Virus record (IMG/VR): IMGVR_UViG_3300037067_009025
Span: 21,950-85,949 of that record
Length of the DNA stretch: 64,000 nt
Source: a virus
Lineage: Duplodnaviria > Caudoviricetes
Direction: 5' to 3' (one strand)
The notes beneath the pieces are model-generated. The model was given only the letters and a program-made list of their open reading frames with translations, was not told the origin of the DNA and did not search any database. A program made the translations under genes and the position numbers. Shown one piece after another: positions 1 through 9,822 of the stretch; position 1 is the stretch's first letter, and every line of letters begins with the position of its first letter.

Positions 1-24
1 TTTTTCCAACATATCAAAACCTCG

Positions 25-342
25 TTACTTAGCAGCAACTGGTGTGCCGAAAGCCCCGAGAGCTTTTTGCATAATACGAACACAGGCTTCGAGAGTCAAA
101 ACCTTTTTCAAATCTTCTTTCTTGATTTGATTGTCATCTTTAATGAGAGCATAAACAATCTCAGCAAAGATTTCGGCCTGCTTCTCGATGTCTCCATTCT
201 TGTCTTTCATCTTATCCATCTCCTTGAGTTTCGGAGCGAGTAAGATGTAAGTCTCCAAAGACGCTGGATACACCTTGATAGTAACTTGACCACGGAGTTC
301 AAACTCGGTGGCTTGTGACAGATTAACCTTTTCGTTAGACAT
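25..342 (-). CDS. Putative tail assembly chaperone
   Basis: 105 aa helical charged protein with an RBS, downstream of tail-completion-like genes; call is from size and position only. Confidence 0.4.
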   Translation of the reverse strand: MSNEKVNLSQATEFELRGQVTIKVYPASLETYILLAPKLKEMDKMKDKNGDIEKQAEIFAEIVYALIKDDNQIKKEDLKKVLTLEACVRIMQKALGAFGTPVAAK

Positions 343-389
343 TTTAAAATCCTCCTATGTTTGTTTTAGGTCAACGTTTTTATTCTATA

Positions 390-833
390 TTAACTGGATT
401 CATCCAGAATATATTCATACTCCAACTGATAAAAAAATTCATTGGGCTCATCATCCACCTGTAAACCAGCATCGTTAGGAACCCGAGCCAGATGAATAAT
501 CTTCCAACCAGTTGTGGAAACCACATTTTCCTTTTTATTTAATAGGTCATCAACCCGTTTAGCAATATCAATACAGTTTTTGTGACTATTAGCCAACTTA
601 CGACTAACAACACATTCGATTTTGAAAGAACCTTTTTGAGAAGGAATATTATTTCCATCTTCTCCTACATCTGTAGAGACCACAACATATTTATCTTTTC
701 GGTCTTGAACAAACATGGCAAAAATATTATTGGCGTTTCCCACAAGAGTAGTTAATGTGGAATCCGTCCTCAAATATGCAATAATTCTTTGGCCGATAAT
801 ATTCATCTGAAATTCCTTATACGTTTCTGGCAA
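390..833 (-). CDS. Putative tail terminator/completion protein
   Basis: 147 aa; follows the neck genes in canonical head-to-tail order. Confidence 0.45.
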   Translation of the reverse strand: MPETYKEFQMNIIGQRIIAYLRTDSTLTTLVGNANNIFAMFVQDRKDKYVVVSTDVGEDGNNIPSQKGSFKIECVVSRKLANSHKNCIDIAKRVDDLLNKKENVVSTTGWKIIHLARVPNDAGLQVDDEPNEFFYQLEYEYILDESS

Positions 834-1356
834 ACACTAAATTTTGCCCAATGTCTGCCAAGACTGCATCCTGATTACTGGCATAATAAGCCAGCAAATC
901 GTTAAAAGCTCTTTCTACGAACCGTCGTCCCTTGTAACGACCTCTACGAACTCGGGCAAAAATATATACACCCTTTTTCCCAAGTCGCATAATGGAACTT
1001 CCTCTGCGGGCCTTCTTCCAAGCATCTTCTGGAAAAGCCATGAGAGGTTTTCCCTGAATTACAAAACGTCTCTTAAAACCATACTCTGAAGCAAATTGAT
1101 ATTTAATTCTTTCTGGAACAAACACTTCACCTGAAACGGAATTGCCAGACCATTTATAACGAGATGTGATGCTATTTGACAAATTACCAGTTGAGCGAGC
1201 ACTTTTTGAACCCGCATATTTTTTCATGCGTCGTTCAGTAAAAGCTGTAAATTTCTTAATCCATTTCGCAGAAGAACGAACCCTACCCCTATCAGCCGAA
1301 TTCAGCCCACTGATATAATTTCTTAATTGGGCGTCGTTGATAGTAAAATCAGCCAT
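817..1356 (-). CDS. Putative neck/tail-completion protein (HK97 gp10-like)
   Basis: Basic protein with TGNLSNSI, EYG and F.ERA-like segments; start reassigned to MADFTIND (GGAG RBS). Confidence 0.5.
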   Translation of the reverse strand: MADFTINDAQLRNYISGLNSADRGRVRSSAKWIKKFTAFTERRMKKYAGSKSARSTGNLSNSITSRYKWSGNSVSGEVFVPERIKYQFASEYGFKRRFVIQGKPLMAFPEDAWKKARRGSSIMRLGKKGVYIFARVRRGRYKGRRFVERAFNDLLAYYASNQDAVLADIGQNLVFARNV

Positions 1357-1357
1357 C

Positions 1358-1699
1358 TTAGTTCTCCATGTTCCAAAGATAAACCTCTTTGTGGTGGCCC
1401 TGTCCAGCAGCATCCTCAACAGCAATCACCAAATATTTTTTACTCTGAAATTCTACAATGTCATCTTCCAAAATATCCGCAGCAAACTTGAAAAACCCAC
1501 AAAGGCGAGTTTGAATTTTCTTGCCCCTGCGGGTAAATTCAATAGTCTCTTCCATCTGCTGAATCAAACAGGAAACACCTGTAGAAGAGGCTGCCACACT
1601 TTCAGGAATGGCTCCCCATTCGTCGGCTGTTCCAGCGGTGCTACGCCGATAGATAGAGACTGAGTGAATAAGTTCTGCATCAAAGATAGAATCAGCCAT
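1358..1699 (-). CDS. Head closure protein (SPP1 gp16-like)
   Basis: 113 aa with ADEWG near the N-terminus and ILEDDIVEF..KYLVIAVEDAAG..HH.EV, typical of head-closure proteins; position fits. Confidence 0.55.
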   Translation of the reverse strand: MADSIFDAELIHSVSIYRRSTAGTADEWGAIPESVAASSTGVSCLIQQMEETIEFTRRGKKIQTRLCGFFKFAADILEDDIVEFQSKKYLVIAVEDAAGQGHHKEVYLWNMEN

Positions 1700-1709
1700 T
1701 ATTTAATCC

Positions 1710-2297
1710 TTAAACGACGCTACCAAACTTCATGCGTCCGTCATCCCCAGCGATAACCCCGACAGTATCCATAATCTCCATATCGAGACTCTTGATAAAG
1801 CTGTCTAAGTCATCCGCAACGTTAGAGAATTGTTTTTGATATTTTCCAATCTTTACCATTTTCACTTGTCCCAGCTTACTGGGAGTAAAAATGGATAACC
1901 CTTTGGTCGCCAATAATGTGACTAAATAATCGTGAATCGCTTCCAGCGTCGCAGCATTGATAGTGTAAGTAATTTCTACCAACTGACCCCCTGAAAATCC
2001 ACCAGAATAATTTACCAATCCAGTATCTGGATTAAATTTCAAATCAGTAAACAAAGTGAAAGCTGTGGTTACATTATCAATTTTCAGTGTATCAATCTGC
2101 TTAATGTTAGAATCAGGCAACTTAATCCACATTCTTGATGTGCTCACAAACTCTCGATGTGTTCTCTGTGTATCGGCTGACCGTAAATCCGTGATTTTAT
2201 AAAAAATAGCCACGGCCCAATCATAAACAGATTGAGGCAAATCCGCATCTGCGATTCCGAGAACAGAAGCCACGGTTGGTTTAGTAATTAGAGCCAT
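1710..2297 (-). CDS. Head-tail connector/adaptor protein
   Basis: 195 aa; N-terminal helices, beta-rich insert, C-terminal VKIGKYQKQF; adjacent to the head-closure gene. Confidence 0.5.
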   Translation of the reverse strand: MALITKPTVASVLGIADADLPQSVYDWAVAIFYKITDLRSADTQRTHREFVSTSRMWIKLPDSNIKQIDTLKIDNVTTAFTLFTDLKFNPDTGLVNYSGGFSGGQLVEITYTINAATLEAIHDYLVTLLATKGLSIFTPSKLGQVKMVKIGKYQKQFSNVADDLDSFIKSLDMEIMDTVGVIAGDDGRMKFGSVV

Positions 2298-2300
2298 AGC

Positions 2301-2738
2301 TTATTCTCCATTCCTCTTGTCCCTGAAAGGCCGAGAAACTAAACGGGACACGATATTTTTAGTTCCAGTTTTTAAAACTTTCCCCTCTTGGTCAAGGATA
2401 GATTCACAATTGGGACACTTCGTGGCTCCCATTGCCACTTCTGGCTCAGAGGTTAAATCAAAAACATGATGACACGCCTGACATTCAACCCTGTATCCTT
2501 TGGTGCCAGTAGCTTCTTCAGCCTTAATATATTTCCAGTCATGGTCTTTCATCCACTTCTTCGCTTCAGCAAACGTCCATTTGCTGGATGAAAAGCGAAT
2601 TGACTGAACCTGGCTTTTCCCTTCTTTAATACCATAAATGACATGAATCCCATCTCCGAATTCATTATTCTTTCGAGCAAATGAATCGAATTGAGATGGT
2701 TCTTTAATCCGAAATGCGTGTTCGTTTGCGTAAGGCAT
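2301..2738 (-). CDS. Hypothetical phage protein with C-terminal Zn ribbon
   Basis: Start reassigned to MPYANEHAFR (GGAG RBS); CQAC...CPNC motif. Confidence 0.55.
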   Translation of the reverse strand: MPYANEHAFRIKEPSQFDSFARKNNEFGDGIHVIYGIKEGKSQVQSIRFSSSKWTFAEAKKWMKDHDWKYIKAEEATGTKGYRVECQACHHVFDLTSEPEVAMGATKCPNCESILDQEGKVLKTGTKNIVSRLVSRPFRDKRNGE

Positions 2739-2748
2739 TACTGACTCC

Positions 2749-3198
2749 TTAACGATAATTGTGCAAAATATGAACTCGCCACTCAGATTTAGGAACATTG
2801 CGGAAAATTTCGGCCACAGTTTTCTGGCCCTCCAAATACTTTTTTGGAGCATACAAAATTCCCGCAAAGACATAAACTTTGTTGGCGGTGATTCGGTCTA
2901 TTTCGTAATTCTCTTTGAAAAGGACGGCCCCGAAGGTGTTAATCTTCTTGACCACGATGAGGGGTTTAGACAGGTCTTTCTTAACATAACTTAACACTTT
3001 GTCTAAATCCACCTGAAACAAGCTCTGGTTAATGACAATCAGAAGGTTTTCATCTTCTGGTCTTACCCGAGACAGGTCAACTTTTTCTCCCAAGTATTCA
3101 TTCTCCATCTTCAAGGAGCCCTGAATCAACTTGAGAATCACGTTATCACCAATATTCTGCTTCCCGAAGATAAAGGCTCTCATAACAGTTTCCTCCAT
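2749..3198 (-). CDS. Hypothetical protein
   Basis: 149 aa ORF in operon orientation at the distal end of the glycosylation cassette. Confidence 0.5.
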   Translation of the reverse strand: MEETVMRAFIFGKQNIGDNVILKLIQGSLKMENEYLGEKVDLSRVRPEDENLLIVINQSLFQVDLDKVLSYVKKDLSKPLIVVKKINTFGAVLFKENYEIDRITANKVYVFAGILYAPKKYLEGQKTVAEIFRNVPKSEWRVHILHNYR

Positions 3199-3241
3199 AT
3201 ATTAAATACGATTAAAGGGGTAAAACATGTGCAAAATTGGT

Positions 3242-4279
3242 CTAAATTACCAACTTTTCTGCAATTTGTTTCCAGTAATCAAAAAATCTCTGCTTTTCTT
3301 TCTCTTTAATCTCCAAGATGTTAGGAACCGTGGAGAACACTGGCTGTCCTAAAGCAGGATAATTAGACTGAGAAATCGAAGAGACCCCAACCGTCTCTAA
3401 GATATTGGAACGACTATCATTTAAAACATTCATTACCTGTTTTCCAAGTGATAAGGCCACAACGCTTCCATGAACCCGAAAAGAAATCATCTGGTGAACC
3501 TTTGAATAAATTCTTAAAAGGTCATTGGGAAGACAAACACAAATCAAACGTTCCTTTGGAATAAATTGCTGCCACCAAAGGTATTCACGTTCCTCGTGAA
3601 CTAAATAATACAAAGGATATTCTCCGTCAAAAAACTGTTCTAAATTCAACGAGGCTTTGGCGATTCTCTTACACTCTTCTGGATTTTCTTTTCCTCTCAA
3701 CACAATCAGATTAAACTCATCAGGTTGTTTGGTAACAGAAAACCATTCAGGAGTATAAAAAACACAATCCAAGAATCGGGTATTCGGCACTCCTCCCCGA
3801 GTTAAAAGCTCATTGGTAATTTCATCACGAGTGATAATAAAATCCGCACACTGAGAAAGCTCCTTAAAAATTTCCAGATTGGGAGCTAACATTTTTGATA
3901 CAGCCTCTTCCTTCGTATAGGAATGCTCTGTATATCCAGAACCCAACCAAAAATAGGCTGTCAAGAGACCCTGAGATTTAGCCACCTTCATTCTTTCAAT
4001 CAAATTCCTAACATGGGCCCCACATCCATCTTTATTAAATTGGGGTGTTCCAGCAAAAATAGCCGTTTGAGCCCGCTTATTAACTAAAGACCATGTAAGA
4101 TTATCGTCCTCAGAATCCAAACGGTCAAAAAGATTTGCTTGAGAAAATAATGGCTCTACACCCAAATTTTTCTCAGCCTGAGTGATTAAATATTCCATTC
4201 CTCTAAGGATTAGAATATCCCCAGGATTGACTTTAGGGTTTAAGATGGCCCCAACTAAACAATGGTGTCTAAACTTCAT
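3242..4279 (-). CDS. Polysaccharide pyruvyl transferase family protein
   Basis: NPGD.LI..G, ADFIITRDEIT and SFRVHGSVVALSLG motifs match the family pattern (RD..S; SRLHG.I.A). Confidence 0.7.
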   Translation of the reverse strand: MKFRHHCLVGAILNPKVNPGDILILRGMEYLITQAEKNLGVEPLFSQANLFDRLDSEDDNLTWSLVNKRAQTAIFAGTPQFNKDGCGAHVRNLIERMKVAKSQGLLTAYFWLGSGYTEHSYTKEEAVSKMLAPNLEIFKELSQCADFIITRDEITNELLTRGGVPNTRFLDCVFYTPEWFSVTKQPDEFNLIVLRGKENPEECKRIAKASLNLEQFFDGEYPLYYLVHEEREYLWWQQFIPKERLICVCLPNDLLRIYSKVHQMISFRVHGSVVALSLGKQVMNVLNDSRSNILETVGVSSISQSNYPALGQPVFSTVPNILEIKEKEKQRFFDYWKQIAEKLVI

Positions 4280-4290
4280 GGCCTTTCTCC

Positions 4291-5010
4291 TTAAATTTTG
4301 GGCTCTGCGTAAAAAATTCCCAGTTTCTTATCACGATAATTATCAGGAATAATTACCACATGATTGAAACGTTGCATGTAATTTTTGGCGAAGTCCTTTC
4401 CCACACAATCTGGTAAATGAAATTCACCCACCATATACTTTATTTTTTTCAAAATATCATCTGACATTTGACGAAAGGCTTCCCGTTCTCCACCCTCACA
4501 GTCAAATTTTGCAATGTCAATACTCTGAAACTGAAAGGGGGCCAACTCAACTTCGAGAGTAGACCATTGAATCTCAGTTTCTAATTTGTAAAGACCACTG
4601 GCCAGACATCTATCTAAATTAGCAGGACTAATAAATAATCCACCGCCAGTAGCCCTAATTCCATTAACAAAGATTGTCCGTTCTTTATCGTAATTCACCC
4701 CTTTGTTGATGACAGTGACATTCGCATATCCATTCAATGCCACGTTTCTACGATAAAGTTCAGCATTATCTTTAACGGGCTCAAAAGCTACAATCTGACA
4801 CGATGGCCATAAAGATTTGCATTTCACAGCAAATGTTCCAATGTGTCCGCCCACATCAATGACAAACTTGGGATTAACTCCCCGAGCCTTTAATTGATTG
4901 AGCCGATAAACATCATTCACAAATACCTCGTGAATGACTTCGACATCATTCTGTCTATCAGCACGGACTTCAAATTTCTTACCACCGATAGTCCTTAGCA
5001 CTGTGTTCAT
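4291..5010 (-). CDS. FkbM family SAM-dependent methyltransferase
   Basis: IDVGGHIG SAM motif, VAFEP, IDIAKFDCEGGE. Confidence 0.85.
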   Translation of the reverse strand: MNTVLRTIGGKKFEVRADRQNDVEVIHEVFVNDVYRLNQLKARGVNPKFVIDVGGHIGTFAVKCKSLWPSCQIVAFEPVKDNAELYRRNVALNGYANVTVINKGVNYDKERTIFVNGIRATGGGLFISPANLDRCLASGLYKLETEIQWSTLEVELAPFQFQSIDIAKFDCEGGEREAFRQMSDDILKKIKYMVGEFHLPDCVGKDFAKNYMQRFNHVVIIPDNYRDKKLGIFYAEPKI

Positions 5011-7277
5011 TTCATTATCTCCTTTAGAGTATTTACTATTTTTTCACACGATATTTTATTCATACACTGAGCAGACATGGCCTTAGAACTACATCTGCAA
5101 TTCCGCTCATTACAAGGATAACAAGAGTCCGATGGAACTATAACTGTGGTCTCAGAATATTTTCGCCAATCTGCCTGAATAGACGAGGGTAAAAATATTG
5201 TGGGCTTAGTAAATCCACCAGCAATATGCAGTATGGCTGAATCAACAGACAAACAATAATCACTTCGATTAACGACAGAAAATAATTCTCTGATAGTTGT
5301 CTTTCCACGTAAGTCCAAACAATTAGTATACCGAAGTTCTTTTTTAACACCCACATTTTTTATAACCCAAGATTCATCCCCAGCCGTATCTCCAACTAAA
5401 ACTATTTGCAACTCTGGAAAATTAGCAGCAATCGCATCAATCAATTCCTGTCGTTTTTCCCGAGGATATTCTCTCTTAGCATCGGCACTGGTGAGCCCTA
5501 AACATAATACTTTTTTATCATTATAAAAAAACTTATTAACATAAAATTTTTCTTCCTCAGATAATATGATATGCGGGCGTTGTCTAAGTAAATCCTCTCC
5601 CTTCAATCCAAATAAATGAGCCGTGGCCAATAAACGATGCTGCCTACACCAAGCCAGTTCATACTGAGAGAGCTTATAACTAATTTCAATCTTCCTATGA
5701 TATTGTTTTCTGTCAGTAATGCTATCTTTATAACTTAATGCCTGTCTAACATAAGGAAGATTCGCAAAAGCCTCGGGATACCTGGTGGCAACATCCACCA
5801 CATAACCACGTTGATATAGGGCCTCTAAAGAGGGCGTCAACATTAAAACATCACCCAATCCATCATTATCATAAACCAGGAGAGCATGTTTTTGAATCTC
5901 ATTATTTACAGGAACTATCTGAATGGAAGAATTGGTGATTGTTTTTACTTCTTCTGGAACTTTTAAAATTTGTTTCAATCTCAACTTAAAAGAAACCAAT
6001 TCTTTATAAAGTCCCTCCCAATTAAAATGTGTATAACAAGAACAATTATGGCATTGCCATAAATGAGAAGGAACAAATTGTCTACCAACACATGGATGAC
6101 AATTTACATTTGGTGTCATTGGATGACAATTTTTATAGGTGCTACACCGCCAGGTGGGGTCAAAATAATTCATCAGAGCAAAAGTCTTTTTTTCCAGAGC
6201 ACCAGCTATATGGAGAAACGAAGTATCAATCGTTACAACAAAATCCATTACAGCCATAAGGGCAAATAACTCTCGCAGAGAAACTTGTTTTGTTAAATCA
6301 ATACAATTTTGAAGATTATATTTTCTCAAAGAAGCAGTAAAAACAGTAAACCCCTTTGCTTTAAAAGCATTTATCTTTTCTTGTGCTAAAAATTCTGGCA
6401 TCTTGGCATCGGCTCTATCGCTATCAAATCCAAAAAATAATTTGTTTGGATATATCCCCCATTTTTGACGTGCGGTATTCAATTCATCAGTAGTAAAAAT
6501 TATTTCTGGTTTCAAAATTACCAAATCTTTTCTATCAATACCACATAAGGCAGCGACCGCAAAAATTCTATTTTGCTTATTAAGGTCAGACCTATAATCA
6601 TTCAACACCTGACCAAAGTGTAAAATTAAAATTTTCTCAAATTTACTGACATTGATATGCTTGCGGTCTGTAAAAATCCCAGAAATATAATCCAGATTAG
6701 CAAAACATTCCATCCGATGTTTTTCACAAAGAATAAAAACTTTCTTTCCCTGAGAGGCCAACGTTTTTAAACTTGGAATAGTCAATAAGTGGTCACCAAC
6801 ACCACCAGTAATTTCAACCAAAATATTATCTTTATCTTGGTCTGTCTTTGTCAAAAATTTTTCTAATTCGACATCTGTTTTAATCCGTGGAATTTCATAA
6901 CGAGTAAATTCAGAAAAAGCTCTGGCCAATCTTTCAGAATGGTCATCTGAAAAAACGGCCCGAAACTGAAGTGGATTCATAAAAAGGGTATGAATATACC
7001 AACGGTAGGGACATTCAACATAAATAACGTGGTCATCAATGATAGGATTCTCAGGAAGAGCTTCACAAATGTAAACCACACCAACGTTATTTTTTATAGC
7101 TTGAGCGACAAATGGATGGATTGTTTTTGAACTATCGAGATGGGAAGCAAAACATACCGTCAAAAGACGGCCTGCGGGGGCCCGCATAATGTAATTATTT
7201 TCTTTGACTAAAGCGGAGTGGTCAAGATTGGAAAAATGAATGTGAACATCATCAGAAATCAGTCTGATTGAGGACAT
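5007..7277 (-). CDS. Tandem GT9 (ADP-heptose:LPS heptosyltransferase-like) glycosyltransferase
   Basis: Two GT9 units: GGVGDHLLTIP...IDTSFLHIAGA...CHPC and DGLGDVLMLTP...VDSAILHIAGG...CYPC, plus an unassigned N-terminal domain of about 130 aa. Confidence 0.85.
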   Translation of the reverse strand: MSSIRLISDDVHIHFSNLDHSALVKENNYIMRAPAGRLLTVCFASHLDSSKTIHPFVAQAIKNNVGVVYICEALPENPIIDDHVIYVECPYRWYIHTLFMNPLQFRAVFSDDHSERLARAFSEFTRYEIPRIKTDVELEKFLTKTDQDKDNILVEITGGVGDHLLTIPSLKTLASQGKKVFILCEKHRMECFANLDYISGIFTDRKHINVSKFEKILILHFGQVLNDYRSDLNKQNRIFAVAALCGIDRKDLVILKPEIIFTTDELNTARQKWGIYPNKLFFGFDSDRADAKMPEFLAQEKINAFKAKGFTVFTASLRKYNLQNCIDLTKQVSLRELFALMAVMDFVVTIDTSFLHIAGALEKKTFALMNYFDPTWRCSTYKNCHPMTPNVNCHPCVGRQFVPSHLWQCHNCSCYTHFNWEGLYKELVSFKLRLKQILKVPEEVKTITNSSIQIVPVNNEIQKHALLVYDNDGLGDVLMLTPSLEALYQRGYVVDVATRYPEAFANLPYVRQALSYKDSITDRKQYHRKIEISYKLSQYELAWCRQHRLLATAHLFGLKGEDLLRQRPHIILSEEEKFYVNKFFYNDKKVLCLGLTSADAKREYPREKRQELIDAIAANFPELQIVLVGDTAGDESWVIKNVGVKKELRYTNCLDLRGKTTIRELFSVVNRSDYCLSVDSAILHIAGGFTKPTIFLPSSIQADWRKYSETTVIVPSDSCYPCNERNCRCSSKAMSAQCMNKISCEKIVNTLKEIMK

Positions 7278-7325
7278 GATAATATCTCCAACAATTTAAT
7301 AACGGTTTAACAATCTTATAATACA

Positions 7326-7354
7326 AGTATAACACACATTTGCTGCGTTGTCAA
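7326..7354 (-). promoter_or_regulatory. Sigma70-type promoter for the glycosylation cassette
   Basis: Minus strand TTGACA-17 nt-TATACT with TGn extended -10, about 50 nt upstream of the GT9 start. Confidence 0.8.
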
Positions 7355-7567
7355 GAGAAAAATGCAAGGGACGCCCGAGACGCTTTGCGACTCCTGACGA
7401 CCCAAGATACGCCCTTCTACACTTGGTAGATGCGCTGTTCCAAACTACCTTCGTTCTTCGGCCCGTCGGCCTCCGCCATTCAAAGAATCCCTTTAGGGGA
7501 CAGAAAGCACGGTTTGGAGTTTTACAAAATTGGTGTCCTGGATTTGAGGTTCCAGGACAGACCTAAG

Positions 7568-7601
7568 AAAAAAGAGGGAGGAGAATAATCTCTCCTCCCT
7601 C
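7568..7601 (-). terminator. Intrinsic terminator after the major capsid gene
   Basis: 11-bp perfect stem (7574-7584/7591-7601) followed by a U6 tract on the minus strand. Confidence 0.8.
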
Positions 7602-7619
7602 GAAGAATCAAGGCTTAGA

Positions 7620-8555
7620 TTACGAGGTCTTCTGGATAAGAACCAGACCGTTGTAATCCCCATCACCGCTGGTCAGGGCCCATTTGAAATCGAACCAATA
7701 GGTCACAACCAACAGGTCAGCCCGACGGCCAGCTTTGTGCTCCACGTCCGCTTCGATGTTACCGAAGTAGCCCGCAAAGGCACCGCTCATGTTCGCCAGG
7801 ATGGCTTTTTCACCCGTCAAGAGCATTCTCTTGATAACGGGGATACCATGAAGATGGACAACGTTCTTGAGGCCCAGAGCAGGGACATCCTCTAAGTCAT
7901 ACCCGACCATGTTCTTGTCGGCGGACTTTTTCGCAGCAGCCAAGAAGTTCGGAGATGCGAAGATTACGAGGTTTTCCTTGTCTTCCTCTTCACCATAGAC
8001 ACCCAAGCTATTCTGAGCTTCGGCAACGGCATCCAAAATATTCTGGGCGTTGGAAGTCGTATAGCTCACAGGAGTGGCTTCGGCGGTTCCAGAAGCAGAA
8101 AGCACTTCGAGACCATCGGTAATCGTCAACGGATTGGTTGCACCAATGGCAGTAGTATCACCCTTGATGGCAACTTTGTCCGCTGTGCGAGCGATAGCAC
8201 GAGCGATTTTGTTTCTGAAGAGGTTCTCCAACTGAAGCTGCGGATACTGCTTTACCTGTTTCGTCTTCAGGTAAATATAGGTTCCGAGTTCAACGGGGGC
8301 CAAATCAGGAGACTTCACATCGAACGTCATCTCGTTCAGAGTCGTGATGTCCGCAGTATTGTCAATGCGATACACTCTGTCCAGAGATTCCTCGCCGATG
8401 ACAGGCACAGTGCCTTCATTGACGATTTCGATGAACTGACCACGAGACTCGACCATCCGAAGGATGAGCGACTTCTCGACAGCATCGTGAACAATTTTAT
8501 CAACCAACTCTTTAGGAAGATTGGTTGCACTACCAGCAGGAATTAAGAAATCCAT
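7620..8555 (-). CDS. Major capsid protein (HK97-like fold)
   Basis: 311 aa; LP.E.V..IV......S.I.R N-terminus; directly after the prohead protease; strong RBS and own terminator. Confidence 0.8.
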   Translation of the reverse strand: MDFLIPAGSATNLPKELVDKIVHDAVEKSLILRMVESRGQFIEIVNEGTVPVIGEESLDRVYRIDNTADITTLNEMTFDVKSPDLAPVELGTYIYLKTKQVKQYPQLQLENLFRNKIARAIARTADKVAIKGDTTAIGATNPLTITDGLEVLSASGTAEATPVSYTTSNAQNILDAVAEAQNSLGVYGEEEDKENLVIFASPNFLAAAKKSADKNMVGYDLEDVPALGLKNVVHLHGIPVIKRMLLTGEKAILANMSGAFAGYFGNIEADVEHKAGRRADLLVVTYWFDFKWALTSGDGDYNGLVLIQKTS

Positions 8556-8595
8556 TTTAGGTTTCCTCCTTATTATTTTCCTGTTTTCACAAGAC

Positions 8596-9789
8596 TTATT
8601 TTCTTGAGATTAAATTGCTGAAAAATGAATCAGCGTTTCCGCCCTTTGCCTTCTGTTGGGCGACCTGTCTTACTGTATCTATGTTATCAACTTCAACGGA
8701 TTTTCTTACTTCGACCATTTCGGCCTTTAACGTCTTGACCTCTTCCGAAGTCGCTTCGTTGGCAGCCATCCTGGTTTCCAGCTTGGCCATCCGTTCTGAT
8801 AACTCGCAATTCTTCTGATTGAGTTCCCCAAGTTGCCCCTTGAGAGCAGCGTTTTCAGCCTTTACGGCATCCAATTCCGCCCTTAAAGCATCTTCGGGTT
8901 TCCCAGCGACGGGCTCAGGTTCCTTGCCAGCATCAGCAGTTGAGACAGTAGAAGTTGACTCCGCAGCTTTAGTTTCCTCTGCTTTTGCTTCCGCAGGTGC
9001 GGGCTCGACAGATTTTTCCTCGGCTTTAGGAGTTTCAGGAGCAGCTTCCGCTTTCTTTTCTTCAGCGGGTTTCTCCTCGGTTTTTTTGCAAGTGCAATTC
9101 TCTTTATCTTCACATTTGCACTCGGCTTTCCGTCTCGCCTCATCCTTCTTTAAGAGGTCACGGAAATTGATTCGACGAGTTTCCTCATCTTCCAAAATCC
9201 CACGAGTTACCAACTCACGGGAAAACTTTTCAACTTCAGCATCACTGAGAGCCTCGGGATTTCCAGGAACAGGAACCGCAGAATACTCAAGCATTTCCCA
9301 TTCGGAGATAATCCAAATTCCCCAGAACGCATTATCCTCAAACTGCTTCTGCGTAATCGTCACATTGAGGTTGTATTTCTTTTTCAACTCCTCAAAATTC
9401 ACAGGAGTCACTTCCTCAAAAGTCTTCGGCATGAAACCGATTGACCACGCATTTAAGAAACCATCCTTATAAGCGTTGAAAACTTTCATTGACAACGCAT
9501 CATTCGGATTGAATTCAGTTGTGCAAACAATCTCGTCCTCACCAACTTGCAAATCCACGCAGCGTCCAATCGGAACTTGCATCGTGGATTTATCCATATT
9601 GTGAAGCCAAAGAACAACAGGATTCTTCGTGTAATGCTTTACGTCGGCACCTTTGGGCAGAACGATTGTCATGTATCTGTCCAGGGCCTTCGTGTTCACA
9701 ACGTGAGTAATCCTGAAATTCTCAGCATCAACACTACGAACTGAAGTCGTGAGGAAATTTCTCTCTTTAATTCCAGCGTTAATTCGCAT
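8596..9789 (-). CDS. HK97-type prohead protease with C-terminal scaffold-like coiled coil
   Basis: DRY..IV.P.G, NPVVLW.HN, PIG, WSIGF, LEYSAVPVPGNP.A motifs; Ala/Glu/Lys-rich linker and coiled-coil tail. Confidence 0.85.
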   Translation of the reverse strand: MRINAGIKERNFLTTSVRSVDAENFRITHVVNTKALDRYMTIVLPKGADVKHYTKNPVVLWLHNMDKSTMQVPIGRCVDLQVGEDEIVCTTEFNPNDALSMKVFNAYKDGFLNAWSIGFMPKTFEEVTPVNFEELKKKYNLNVTITQKQFEDNAFWGIWIISEWEMLEYSAVPVPGNPEALSDAEVEKFSRELVTRGILEDEETRRINFRDLLKKDEARRKAECKCEDKENCTCKKTEEKPAEEKKAEAAPETPKAEEKSVEPAPAEAKAEETKAAESTSTVSTADAGKEPEPVAGKPEDALRAELDAVKAENAALKGQLGELNQKNCELSERMAKLETRMAANEATSEEVKTLKAEMVEVRKSVEVDNIDTVRQVAQQKAKGGNADSFFSNLISRK

Positions 9790-9822
9790 GATTTTTTGAC
9801 TCCTTTCCTCGAACCTCAGTCA

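Noticed and set aside
25-342. Programmed -1 frameshift in the tail chaperone
   Set aside because: Only a partial G-AAA-AAG heptamer was seen, and the downstream frame lies outside the window, so it cannot be supported.
8819-9472. 217-aa plus-strand ORF
   Set aside because: Antisense shadow of the low-complexity protease-scaffold region; no RBS or domain.
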